From: Sphingomonadales bacterium
GTDB taxonomy: Bacteria; Pseudomonadota; Alphaproteobacteria; Sphingomonadales; Sphingomonadaceae
Direction of reading: 5' to 3'
Length of the DNA stretch: 64,000 nucleotides
Assembly: GCA_038230675.1 (NCBI GenBank)
Contig: JBBRMV010000003.1
Coordinates: forward strand, 33,744-97,743
The position numbers and the translations under genes were made by a program. How positions within the stretch are numbered: position 1 is the stretch's first letter; the number at the start of each line of letters is the position of its first letter. The notes beneath the pieces are model-generated. The model did not search any database. It saw only the letters and a program-made list of their open reading frames with translations, and was not told where the DNA came from. Of this stretch, positions 1 through 9,074 are shown piece after piece.

Positions 1-278
1 TCACCGGCAGCGGGCACGAACGCGCTGATTTCGCACCGTGCCCAGACGCCAGCAACGAAATAGGGATCGCCCTCCAGAATTGCACGCGCGGCGGCTTCGT
101 CTTCGGCAGTGACGATGACGAGCGAGCCGATGAAGGCGCCGCTTTCGTCCTTGAGCGGCCCGGCGACAGCGATGCTGCCCATGATGTCCTCGATCCGCGC
201 GAAATGCGCATCGCGGGCGGCTGCGCGCAAGGGTGCCGAATCAGGCGCGTCCCAGCACATGATCGCAAAATGCGTCAC
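1..278 (-). CDS. YciI family protein (3' end truncated by window edge)
   Basis: Not in the ORF track; manual translation from GTG at 278 gives MTHFAIMCWDAPDSAPLRAAARDAHF...VAGPLKDESGAFIGSLVIV...EGDPYFVAGVW, with YciI-type H, GPL, GSL and DPY motifs. GTGA overlap with the MFS stop. Confidence 0.85.
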   Translation of the reverse strand, partial: MTHFAIMCWDAPDSAPLRAAARDAHFARIEDIMGSIAVAGPLKDESGAFIGSLVIVTAEDEAAARAILEGDPYFVAGVWARCEISAFVPAAG

Positions 279-1585
279 GCCGTTCTCTCCAGTTGTGCGC
301 GGTATGCGCGCGCGATCAGCGGCAACAGCAGCAGCGGCACGATGCCATAGATCAACGGCACCGATCCCACCGCCGCGCGCAGATTGGCCTCACCGAACAC
401 GCGCGTCGAAAGCACGCCAACGGTGGTCGGCCCAAGCCCGAGCCCGGCAATGCTGATCATCATGTAATAAAGCGACACGATCGTCGCGCGCGACGCGCCA
501 GGAGTGATATCGAGCAACGCGATGATGCCTGCGGCGGTCACCGTGCCGATCGCGACCGAACTGAGCGCCAGCATCACAAAGGCCAGCGCCGGCGTGGGCA
601 TGAACAACGGCACCGCGCTGAAGGGCAGCATCGCGACAAAGCCATAGGTCAGCATCCGAAAGGCGGCATCGCGCCTCCCGCTCTTGCGCCAGCGATCGAT
701 GATCGCGCCCGCCGAATAGACCGTGGCCGGGCCAACGACGAGGATGATCAGGCCGTTGACGAGTGCATAATCCTTCGCCTCCCACCCGAAGGTGCGGGCA
801 AAGGCGGCGGGGTTGAAGCCCTGCGAATAGGCGATGATCGTCATCACCGCGACGAACAATGTCATCCCGCCGAACGCGCCGATATGCCGGCCCACAAGCC
901 CGATCGTCGCGCCAAAGCTCGCCGCTGCCGCATTGCCAGGACCGCGCCGGCGTGGCGGCTCGGGCAGCAACAGAAAGCCGATCGCGATCAGCAACCCCGG
1001 CAGCCCCACCGCTAGGAACGCGAACTGCCACGGCTTCACAGCACCGAGCAGCGGCAATGTTACCCCGTCGGAAACCTTGGCCCAGCCGAGCACCGCTGCG
1101 CCGATCAGCGACGCCACGCCTGCGCCAAGCGACAGCGCCGCCGAATAGACGCCGATCGGCGTGCCGCGCTTGTCGGGCGGAAAACTGTCGCTGATCATCG
1201 ACATCGCCGACGGGCTGAGCGTCGCCTCGCCCACGCCGACGCTCATCCGCGCGACGAACAGCCCGCCAAAGCCGCGTGCCATCCCTGAAGCGGCGGTTGC
1301 GAGACTCCACAAGGTGATGCCGGCGGCCACGATCCAGGTACGCCGCGCGCGGTCCGCCAGCCAGCCCAGCGGCACGCCGATCGTCGCATAGAAGAGCGCA
1401 AAGGCCGGCCCGAGCAGATAGCCGATCTTCTCGTCCGAAAAATGCAGATCGGCCTTGATCGGCTCGATCAGCAGCCCGAGAATGTAACGATCGACGAACG
1501 AAAAGACGTAGGCGAGCGTCAGCAGCGCCACCATCGTCCAGGCGGTGCGCGCCGATGGATAGGGGGCCTCTGCCACGACGTTCAT
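275..1585 (-). CDS. MFS transporter (spinster/ACS-like)
   Basis: About 12 hydrophobic segments; FSFVDR motif in TM1, GWLADRARR loop motif, RMSVGVGEA motif. Confidence 0.9.
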   Translation of the reverse strand: MNVVAEAPYPSARTAWTMVALLTLAYVFSFVDRYILGLLIEPIKADLHFSDEKIGYLLGPAFALFYATIGVPLGWLADRARRTWIVAAGITLWSLATAASGMARGFGGLFVARMSVGVGEATLSPSAMSMISDSFPPDKRGTPIGVYSAALSLGAGVASLIGAAVLGWAKVSDGVTLPLLGAVKPWQFAFLAVGLPGLLIAIGFLLLPEPPRRRGPGNAAAASFGATIGLVGRHIGAFGGMTLFVAVMTIIAYSQGFNPAAFARTFGWEAKDYALVNGLIILVVGPATVYSAGAIIDRWRKSGRRDAAFRMLTYGFVAMLPFSAVPLFMPTPALAFVMLALSSVAIGTVTAAGIIALLDITPGASRATIVSLYYMMISIAGLGLGPTTVGVLSTRVFGEANLRAAVGSVPLIYGIVPLLLLPLIARAYRAQLERTA

Positions 1586-2025
1586 GCGGCCCCCGTGATC
1601 TTGTAGATCACCACCAGATTGTCGTCGAAATCGACGATGCCGATTTCGCGGCCGATTCGCCCGTCCTTGGTTTTCAGCACGGCCTCGTCATGGACCGTCA
1701 GGCCCAGAGCGCGCGCGCCTGCCATCACCGCATCGGGATCGTCGATTTCAAGCACGATCGCCGATCGGCGCGGGTGCGGGACGGGGGCAAGCGTTATGCC
1801 GGCGATCTCGGTGAGTGCCATCACGCGTTCCTGGCTTTGGGTCGACAGCACGCAAAAGCGCATCTGCGCGTCAGCTGGGATAGCGAAGACCGGGAAGGAA
1901 TAGCTTTCCGGGTTGTGCGGCAAGATGAACGTCACGTCGAAGCCAAGCACCCCTTCATAAAAGGTCAGCGCGCGATCGAGATCGGCGACGACGTGATTGC
2001 CGCGCTGAAACCGCACCCCGCTCAA
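1582..2025 (-). CDS. VOC/glyoxalase family protein
   Basis: Likely TTG start at 2025 overlapping the upstream stop (TTGA); VVADLDRALTFYEGVLGF and DFDDNLVVI are typical VOC beta-alpha-beta motifs. The track's longer N-terminus overlaps the next gene. Confidence 0.8.
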   Translation of the reverse strand: MSGVRFQRGNHVVADLDRALTFYEGVLGFDVTFILPHNPESYSFPVFAIPADAQMRFCVLSTQSQERVMALTEIAGITLAPVPHPRRSAIVLEIDDPDAVMAGARALGLTVHDEAVLKTKDGRIGREIGIVDFDDNLVVIYKITGAA

Positions 2026-2498
2026 GCGACGCGCTCGTTCACTTCGAAGAAATAACCGTCGAGATCGAAGAAGCTTGCTCCCACCATCGCCTGTTCCTTG
2101 CCGTCGAAACCCGTCACCGTCCAGTCGCGCGGTTCGCAGTGGATTCGGCTTCCCTCGATCCGCGCGCGATCGGTTGTCGCTCGGCAATCGGTCGCCGCCA
2201 CCACGAAAATCGGCGCGCCGAATGCAATCCGCGTCGGCAATTCGGCGGGCGCCTCCATCGGCGGATCGATCCATTGCAACAAGCCGATCATGCCGACCAG
2301 ATCATCGGCGCATTTCAGGATCACCAGCCGCGTCCGATCGCCTTTTTGGCCAGCCGCCAGTTGCGTGCCCGACAGCGTGAAGGGCGTGTCCATCACCCGC
2401 GTCATCCCGAACACGCGCTCATACCAACCCGCCGCCGGTTCGATATCGCGCACCATCAGCGTGGTTCGCTTGATCAGATCGGGTGTCTGATCAGCCAT
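2022..2498 (-). CDS. VOC/glyoxalase family protein
   Basis: RTTLMVRDIEPAAGWYERVFGM and FFDLDGYFFEV motifs; ATG at 2498 overlaps the DUF1330 3' end. Confidence 0.8.
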   Translation of the reverse strand: MADQTPDLIKRTTLMVRDIEPAAGWYERVFGMTRVMDTPFTLSGTQLAAGQKGDRTRLVILKCADDLVGMIGLLQWIDPPMEAPAELPTRIAFGAPIFVVAATDCRATTDRARIEGSRIHCEPRDWTVTGFDGKEQAMVGASFFDLDGYFFEVNERVA

Positions 2499-2796
2499 TG
2501 ATCGTCGGCGCCTCGATGAGGAGGACCTGGCAATCGGCAATGCCGTCGCGCAGCTTTTTTACTTCGGCATATTCGGGCGAGTTCCAGAATGCCTCCGCCG
2601 CTGCCCGATCGGGCCACTCTGAGATCACCATCGAGGCGCCGTCGCCAAAACCACCCTCGAGCAGCGTCACGCCCGGGCCGCGCAGCACATATTTGCCGCC
2701 GAACCGCTCGACGAGCTTGCCCGCCGCCTGGCCATAGCCGCCGATAAAGGCATCGCGGTCGGCGATCTTTGCGGTCACGATCATATAGGCGGCCAT
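2491..2796 (-). CDS. DUF1330 domain protein
   Basis: FGGKYVLRG, LEGGF, VISEWPDRAAAEAFWNSPEYAEVKKLR signature. Confidence 0.88.
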   Translation of the reverse strand: MAAYMIVTAKIADRDAFIGGYGQAAGKLVERFGGKYVLRGPGVTLLEGGFGDGASMVISEWPDRAAAEAFWNSPEYAEVKKLRDGIADCQVLLIEAPTING

Positions 2797-2812
2797 CGCT
2801 CAGCTCCCCGCG

Positions 2813-2829
2813 ATTTGTCCGGACAAGCT
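2813..2829. promoter_or_regulatory. Palindromic operator copy 1 (ATTTGTCCGGACAAGCT) overlapping a candidate -10 of the DUF1330 operon
   Basis: Perfect 12-bp palindrome TTGTCCGGACAA at 2815-2826; minus-strand TTGCGC (2852-2847)-N16-TAGCTT (2830-2825) promoter-like motif overlaps it. Confidence 0.7.
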
Positions 2830-2860
2830 ATCGCACCGGCGGTCGCGCGCAAGCGCGAAA

Positions 2861-3292
2861 TCACAGCCGCGCCGAATCTTCGTATAATCGCCGGATATAG
2901 GTGATCGCGGCATCGGGGGCCTCGCACCAGCCGACGAAACGATCATCGGCCACTAGCGCCATCACGTGATTGTCGCCGCCCATCGCCCGCCCGGCAACCG
3001 CCGCGGGGGCACCGCTCGTGAAACGGATATCCCAGCGCATCCGGGCGATCAGCATCGAAAACCGGCCATCGAGCGGCACCGGCACCACGTCGCTAAAGCT
3101 CAGCCGCAGCGTCTCGTGCATCGCCTCGTTGGCTTGCCAATACGCCACGGTATCGGTCCAGCTATTGAAAAAGCTCGACACCTCTTCGGCCTTGTAGAAA
3201 CGGAAGCCCGCGCTGTCCCAAAAGTCTGCGATCGCATCGGCACGGCCCGTCGCCCAGGCGGCGGCATAAGCGTCGAGCAGCGCAGCGCTCAT
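2861..3292 (-). CDS. SnoaL/NTF2-like protein
   Basis: LLDAYAAAWATGRADAIADFW N-terminal helix pattern, 143 aa; ATGA overlap with the nitrilase-fold gene. Confidence 0.65.
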   Translation of the reverse strand: MSAALLDAYAAAWATGRADAIADFWDSAGFRFYKAEEVSSFFNSWTDTVAYWQANEAMHETLRLSFSDVVPVPLDGRFSMLIARMRWDIRFTSGAPAAVAGRAMGGDNHVMALVADDRFVGWCEAPDAAITYIRRLYEDSARL

Positions 3293-4455
3293 TTCGGCCA
3301 GCGCGCCTTGTCGGCCAGATATTTGCCTGCGTCCTCGATGCTGGTCGGCTGATATTTGCCGAAAAGCCCTGGCGGATATTTGGAACGATAGGCCTCGTAC
3401 ACCGGCATCACCAATTCGGTGTGGACGATCGGCTGGCGGTGGCGGGCGCGAAAATCCTTGATCGGGATGCGGTGCGTGACCAGTGTTTCAAACGCCGTCG
3501 GTGCGCTTGCCACCAATTCGCCCGCCGGATCGTAAATCGCGCTGCCGCCACCGCCGGCATCCTCGAAATACAGGCCGTTATTGGGCGACGCGGCGTTGTT
3601 CGCGACGGCGGTGTAGACCCCGTTATACATGCTCGTCGCCTGGATATCGGCGGGAGTGAAGCCGCCGGTCGCGGTGCGCAGGATGATCTCCGCCCCCTTC
3701 ATCGCCATCGCGCGGAACAGTTCGGGCTCACGCTGCACGCTGCTGGTCGCGATGTTGCCGATGGGCGTGCGTGCAATCGGCACCACCCGATCGATGCCGT
3801 ACATCTCCACGTAACGATCGAGGACATCGTAGATCGTCGTGGTGAACAGCTCGAAGCCGAAGAACACGCCCTTGATGTTGCGCGCCTTCCAGTGCTTGTC
3901 GACGATCTCTCCCTTGTCGTTCATGATCGTCGTGATCGACAGCAGATTGTCCGGCCAGTCGGGATCGCGGACATAGGAGCCGAACACTAGCCAGCTGCCA
4001 TATTGGCGAGCCTTCTTGGCGAGTTGCTCGGTCTCGGGGCCCGGCAGTTCGATCGCCACCTTGCGCGCCTCGGCAAGCGACCAGCGGTAGTTATAGCCGG
4101 TGATCGGGAATTCGTGGAACATCAGCAGGTCCTTGCGACCCGAAAAACCCGACGCATAATCGATCAGGTCGCACATATGCTGCACATTGGCGGCACGGCC
4201 CTTTGCGGGATTGGCCGCATCGACCGCCAGAACGCGCGATTGCGCGACGCCGAGCGTCCACGCATCCTTCTCAAGCGGGACGGTATCGTATCGGCCGTCA
4301 CTGCGTTCGCTGAGCGGCGCGGCCCTGGCTGTCGTCGGGGCTGTCGCCGGGGTTATCGTCGGCACGCCCGCCGCGACCGAGCGACCCGAGAGCGCCAGCG
4401 CGCCGGCACCTGCGCCCGCTGCCAACAATGCCCGCCTCGACAATATATCGTCCAT
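3289..4455 (-). CDS. Tat-exported carbon-nitrogen hydrolase (nitrilase superfamily), Ser at the expected nucleophile position
   Basis: SRRALL twin-arginine leader; LLMFHEFP (Glu), HWKARN (Lys), PELFRAMAMKGAEII, GGSAIYDPAGELVA motifs; nucleophile region reads GNIATSSVQREPE with no Cys. Confidence 0.85.
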   Translation of the reverse strand: MDDILSRRALLAAGAGAGALALSGRSVAAGVPTITPATAPTTARAAPLSERSDGRYDTVPLEKDAWTLGVAQSRVLAVDAANPAKGRAANVQHMCDLIDYASGFSGRKDLLMFHEFPITGYNYRWSLAEARKVAIELPGPETEQLAKKARQYGSWLVFGSYVRDPDWPDNLLSITTIMNDKGEIVDKHWKARNIKGVFFGFELFTTTIYDVLDRYVEMYGIDRVVPIARTPIGNIATSSVQREPELFRAMAMKGAEIILRTATGGFTPADIQATSMYNGVYTAVANNAASPNNGLYFEDAGGGGSAIYDPAGELVASAPTAFETLVTHRIPIKDFRARHRQPIVHTELVMPVYEAYRSKYPPGLFGKYQPTSIEDAGKYLADKARWPK

Positions 4456-4552
4456 CGCCCCTGCCCCTGCCCCGCATTCTCATCAAGGGACCCCGCCAGA
4501 GGAGTGTTACAGTTCTGCAACAGTCAGGTCGCCGGGATGCGCCAAGATGAAA

Positions 4553-4569
4553 ATTTGTCTGGACAAGTT
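4553..4569. promoter_or_regulatory. Palindromic operator copy 2 (ATTTGTCTGGACAAGTT) in the divergent nitrilase/TBDR promoter region
   Basis: TTGTCTGGACAA at 4555-4566 within an AT-rich flank AAAT...GTTT; 15/17 identical to copy 1. Confidence 0.7.
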
Positions 4570-4625
4570 TATGGCAGAATGAAAGTCTAGTGCACAAGGG
4601 CTCTAATTCTCGGGGGGGACAATCG

Positions 4626-7274
4626 ATGCGGACGGTGACACGAATTGCGCTGATGGCGGCAACGGGGATGGCGTCGAGCGCGCTGCTGGCAGGGAATGCG
4701 CTGGCGCAACAGGCACCGGCCCCGACGACGGCCCCGGCGGCAGAGGAAGCGCCGGCGGGCCAGACCGGCCTTGAAGACATCGTTATCACCGCACGCAAGA
4801 TCCAGGAAAGCATCGAAAAGGCGCCGGTTTCGGTATCGGTGCTGTCCGATGCGAAGATTCGCACGCTCGGGCTCAACAGCATCGATGATTTCGCGAAGCA
4901 GACCACGGGCATCAGCTTCAGCCAGGCCTTTGGCCGGTCGTCCGACCGACCGGTCGTGCGCGGTGCCTCAAACGTGCTCGCCAATGTGCAGTTCGGCGTC
5001 GAATCGGGTGCCGCCTATTTCGTCGACGGTATCTATTATCAGGGCGACATCCAGGGGTTCGATCCTGAATCGCTGCAGCGGGTGGAAGTGATCAAGGGCC
5101 CGCAATCGGCGCTTTATGGTCGCAACACCTATGCCGGCGCGATCAACTTCCTCACCAAGGACCCGACCGAGAAGCTCACGGTTTCGGGTCGGGCATCGGC
5201 CGCTCAATATAATGAGTATACGATCTCGGCCTCTGTTTCTGGCCAGATCATCCCGGGCGTTCTCGGCTTCCGGGTGGGCGGACGTCATTATGAATATGGC
5301 GGCCAGTATATCAATCAGCTGACCGGCAAGAAGGTCGGCAACGAACGCACCGATTCGCTTTACGCGCTGTTGAACTTCACGCCGACCGATGACCTGAAGA
5401 TCCGCCTGCGCGGCCAGTATCAGCAGAACCGCGACGGACCGCTGGCGCTGTTCCTGCAAGGCGCGGCTGACAATAATTGCGCGCCCGGTTTTCGATCGCC
5501 CCGCTTTCGCACCGTCTCCAGTGCGCTGCCCTATATCCCCGCTTTGCTGACATCGACCAGCAACAGCCAGTATTTCTGCGGCACGATCAAGCCGCAGCCG
5601 AACAACATCCGCCTCAACACCGATCCGGTGGCGGTGACAATCCCTGGCTTCACCGGCCAGCCGCCAAATTTCCGTACCCCAACGATCAGCGGCGTCTATG
5701 ACGGCACCGCGTATGACGGGATCCAGAACGACCAATATTACGGCACGGCGATCATCGACTGGGATATCCTGGGGTCCGGCTTCGTTTTTTCGAGCCTTTC
5801 CGGTTACCGCGCCAACAACAATCTGTTCGGCACCGATTCGGATCACAGCGACTCGTATTTTTTCTTCAACACCAATCCAGCGATCGGCGGTTCGGCGCCC
5901 AACCCGCTGACGACTGAGGGGGCCTTTGCCAACACGACGCGCAACGACGGCTATGATTACAGCCAGGAAGTGCGCATCGCATCACCGACCACCTATCCGG
6001 TGCATGGCCTGATCGGCGGATATTACTACAAGCAGAAAAGCGACAGCCGCGATCTCACCTTTGCCAATCCGATCGCCGGTGACCCGGTGGGTCTGGCGGG
6101 TTCGGGCCGGAACGAGCTGGAAAACATCGCCGTATTCGGCTTGCTGACATGGGACATCACCAAGAACCTGTCGATCACCGGCGAGGTTCGTTATGCCGAG
6201 GAAACGCGCAAGCAGCTCGATTTTTCAGCGGCGCCGCTGTTTTGTGCGGGCTATGCCGGCACCACCAATGTGTTTGGAACCTTTACCACTGCCAACTGCC
6301 TGCCGATCAACAAGGATACTGGCACGACACCGCGGGTGACGGTCAACTACACGACCCCAGGCGGTGCATTGTTCTACGGCATCTACGCACAGGGCCGCAA
6401 GCCGAGCGGGTTCAACGGCGCTGCGGGGGTAACCGCAAGTGCCCAAACCGGCCAGAACTTCATCAACTACCTCTCCGAGCAATCGGAAGGGTTTGAAATC
6501 GGCACTAAATTCTCGTTGATTGAAAACCGCCTGCGCGTTCAATTTTCGGCGTTCACCACGCAGTTGACCAACGTGCAGTTGACCACCGCGATTCCCAATC
6601 CCAACGGCACTGGGGCGATCAGCTCGGTGGTCACCAACCAGGGCAACGCCCGCACCAGCGGCTTCGAGCTGGAAGTCCAGGCCGCGCCCAGCGACAGGCT
6701 GAACCTTGGCTTTGGCTTCTCCTTCGTCGATGCACGCTTCACATCGGGTTGCGATGCGGATCAGTTCATCCTCAATTCGGGCGGCTTGCGACCCAATTTC
6801 GACACCCGCAACCCGACCGCAGCAGGGGCACCTTTGTGCAGCATCGCTGGCAAGACGCTGCCGCTCGGCTCCCCCGTCACGGTCAACGGCACCGCGACCT
6901 ACACGGTGCCACTGCGGGGCAATCTGTCTTTGTGGGCGAACAGCAATTTCAGCTATGAAGCGCACAAGTTCGTTCAGGTCGACAATCTGGCAAGCGTTGG
7001 CGACGCTTTCCTCGTCAACAGCCGCATCGGCATTCGATCCGGGCAGTTCAGTATTGCGGCCTTTGTCCGCAACCTGACCGATGAAAATTCGGCACCGCTC
7101 GCCACGCGCTGGTTCGATTATCGCTACGGTGCCGGCACGGTCGGGCTTCCGGCTGCAACGACGGTTACCTTTGACGGGCGCCCGGCGCAGATCGAAACCG
7201 GCGCACCCCGCGCCTTTTTCAGCGCTTTGCGCAAAGGGCGGACCTTTGGCGTCGAGGCGACGTTCAACTTCTGA
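4626..7274 (+). CDS. TonB-dependent receptor
   Basis: Signal peptide; LEDIVITARK TonB box region; RVEVIKGPQSALYGRNTYAGAIN plug motif; C-terminal GRTFGVEATFNF ending in Phe. ATG at 4626 preferred over GTG at 4590. Confidence 0.95.
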   Translation: MRTVTRIALMAATGMASSALLAGNALAQQAPAPTTAPAAEEAPAGQTGLEDIVITARKIQESIEKAPVSVSVLSDAKIRTLGLNSIDDFAKQTTGISFSQAFGRSSDRPVVRGASNVLANVQFGVESGAAYFVDGIYYQGDIQGFDPESLQRVEVIKGPQSALYGRNTYAGAINFLTKDPTEKLTVSGRASAAQYNEYTISASVSGQIIPGVLGFRVGGRHYEYGGQYINQLTGKKVGNERTDSLYALLNFTPTDDLKIRLRGQYQQNRDGPLALFLQGAADNNCAPGFRSPRFRTVSSALPYIPALLTSTSNSQYFCGTIKPQPNNIRLNTDPVAVTIPGFTGQPPNFRTPTISGVYDGTAYDGIQNDQYYGTAIIDWDILGSGFVFSSLSGYRANNNLFGTDSDHSDSYFFFNTNPAIGGSAPNPLTTEGAFANTTRNDGYDYSQEVRIASPTTYPVHGLIGGYYYKQKSDSRDLTFANPIAGDPVGLAGSGRNELENIAVFGLLTWDITKNLSITGEVRYAEETRKQLDFSAAPLFCAGYAGTTNVFGTFTTANCLPINKDTGTTPRVTVNYTTPGGALFYGIYAQGRKPSGFNGAAGVTASAQTGQNFINYLSEQSEGFEIGTKFSLIENRLRVQFSAFTTQLTNVQLTTAIPNPNGTGAISSVVTNQGNARTSGFELEVQAAPSDRLNLGFGFSFVDARFTSGCDADQFILNSGGLRPNFDTRNPTAAGAPLCSIAGKTLPLGSPVTVNGTATYTVPLRGNLSLWANSNFSYEAHKFVQVDNLASVGDAFLVNSRIGIRSGQFSIAAFVRNLTDENSAPLATRWFDYRYGAGTVGLPAATTVTFDGRPAQIETGAPRAFFSALRKGRTFGVEATFNF

Positions 7275-7296
7275 TTGCGATGAGGCACGCAGATCG

Positions 7297-7334
7297 GGCT
7301 CCCGTCGGCAAACGCTGACGGGAGCCTTTTTTTT
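7297..7334 (+). terminator. Rho-independent terminator after the TBDR
   Basis: Stem GGCTCCCGTCGGC / GCTGACGGGAGCC (one G-U), loop AAAC, followed by 8 T. Confidence 0.9.
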
Positions 7335-7348
7335 CTAAGGGATGAGGA

Positions 7349-8101
7349 ATGATCAAAGCCGCCGTTTCCGCCGCGCTCCTGATGGCGTTGGCCGCGCCTT
7401 CCGCCAGCGCGCAGCAGGCGATCGACGGGCCAACGATCCTCAGCCGCGCGACGCAGGCCGCCGGGGGTGAGGCGTGGGCGAAGGCAAAGACGCTGACCCT
7501 TTCGGGCCGCGCCGTGTTCTACGCGCCCGTCGGTGCGGCACCACGGTCGACGGCGGATGATTACCGGATGTGGCGCGTCTATGATCCCGCCCGCGAAGCA
7601 TCGCACGCTGCAGAGGGCAAGGTGAGGATCGTCGCGACCAGCAAGGGCAAGACGCTGTTCACAGTGGGCTATGACGGTGCGACGACCTGGAACGAGCGCG
7701 GCATTGTGCCCAAGGCGGAAGCCGATGCCTATTGGGCGAATAATTTCGGTTTCGGCATCATCCGCCACGCCGGCGACCCCGGCTTCAAGGCTGAGCGTGT
7801 TCCCGACGACCGGATCGACGGCCATCCGCTTTACATGGTCCGCCTCACCGATCCGTCAGGCGGCGTCACGCTCTTCGGCATCGATCAGGCAAGCTACGCG
7901 ATCCGCTCGATGGGATTTGCCACGCCCAAGGGCTGGCACCTGCGCACTTATGACGATTTCGTCACGCTCAAAAATCCGCGCTGGCTACAGGCGCGCCACG
8001 TCACGCTCTATTATGACGGGGTGAAGGCCAACGAGGTGTTCTGGACCGATACCAAGGTCAACGCCGCCATCGACGAGGCGCTGTTCGCCCCGCCGAAATG
8101 A
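7349..8101 (+). CDS. Secreted hypothetical protein (possibly LolA-like fold)
   Basis: GAGGA RBS, signal peptide ending ASA-QQ, beta-rich body, C-terminal NAAIDEALFAPP; fold guess is weak. Confidence 0.7.
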   Translation: MIKAAVSAALLMALAAPSASAQQAIDGPTILSRATQAAGGEAWAKAKTLTLSGRAVFYAPVGAAPRSTADDYRMWRVYDPAREASHAAEGKVRIVATSKGKTLFTVGYDGATTWNERGIVPKAEADAYWANNFGFGIIRHAGDPGFKAERVPDDRIDGHPLYMVRLTDPSGGVTLFGIDQASYAIRSMGFATPKGWHLRTYDDFVTLKNPRWLQARHVTLYYDGVKANEVFWTDTKVNAAIDEALFAPPK

Positions 8102-8107
8102 CGTCGT

Positions 8108-9013
8108 TCATTTGGCAGGCGCTGCCTTGCGACCGGCATCGATCTGCTTCTTGAACACCGTCCACGTCGTCTCGTTCGGGCGCGGATCGTCACCCGGAGG
8201 CGGCGCAGTCCAGGCGGGATAGTTTTTCGCGATCTCGTCCTTCAAGACCTTGGGCAGTTCGTCGAAGCTTTTCAGCTTGGCGCCCATCGCGTTGAAGACG
8301 ATATTGCCGTGGCGCCCACGCATCTTCATCCACGGCATCCAATCGGACACGCGCACCCACGAAACCGAGGGATAGGCCGTTGGATATTTGGTATCGAACA
8401 ATTCATCGGCGCGCGCTGCGAAATCGAAAATTTCCGTCGCGTGATATTTGTTGCCGACATAATCCTGATAGTCGCCGCCGAGCGGGTTTTCATAGAATAA
8501 GGGCACCTCGACGGGCATCTGTGCCCAACCGCCCATCCGCTTGATGCTGACGATAAAGGGCTTGCCGTCCGCACCCATCGGAAAGCTTGGGCGGCCATTC
8601 ACAGGATCGTTGGCGATATGGCCAACGGGCACGGTCTCGCCCGTCCACGGATTCGCCCATTGCCGCGCGATCTCGCCCGTCTTCGGATCGAGGAACAGCA
8701 TGATTTCGCGGCTCACCTGGCGATATCCCTTGCCACGCTTCGGGTCCTCGACAGCAACGCATTGGCGCACGTTCATGCCCTCGCCAAGGAACAGCAGTTT
8801 GTCGGGTTCGCCGTCGATCCGGGAATACACCTTGCCCGACCAGTAATAGACCGCCGGGGTGCCGTCCTTGACGCCGCACTGCGTCCGCTTGCTGATCTCA
8901 AGCGCGTCGGCGGGCACATTAGGGTCGAGCTGACGCGCAGTTGCGGGCGGGGCGACGGCGATTGTGGCGGCAATGGCGGCGGCGCTTGCGGCCAACAGAA
9001 GCGAACGGATCAT
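8108..9013 (-). CDS. DUF1838 family secreted protein
   Basis: Signal peptide; YYWSGKVYS...KLLFLGEGMNVRQC, SREIMLFLDPKTGEI..QWANPWTGETV, SWVRVSDWMPWMKM motifs recalled for DUF1838. Confidence 0.75.
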   Translation of the reverse strand: MIRSLLLAASAAAIAATIAVAPPATARQLDPNVPADALEISKRTQCGVKDGTPAVYYWSGKVYSRIDGEPDKLLFLGEGMNVRQCVAVEDPKRGKGYRQVSREIMLFLDPKTGEIARQWANPWTGETVPVGHIANDPVNGRPSFPMGADGKPFIVSIKRMGGWAQMPVEVPLFYENPLGGDYQDYVGNKYHATEIFDFAARADELFDTKYPTAYPSVSWVRVSDWMPWMKMRGRHGNIVFNAMGAKLKSFDELPKVLKDEIAKNYPAWTAPPPGDDPRPNETTWTVFKKQIDAGRKAAPAK

Positions 9014-9074
9014 GCTACTCCCCCGAGTTTCTTGGCAATGTGGGCGAAGCTAACGCCTTCGCGGGCAAATGCAA

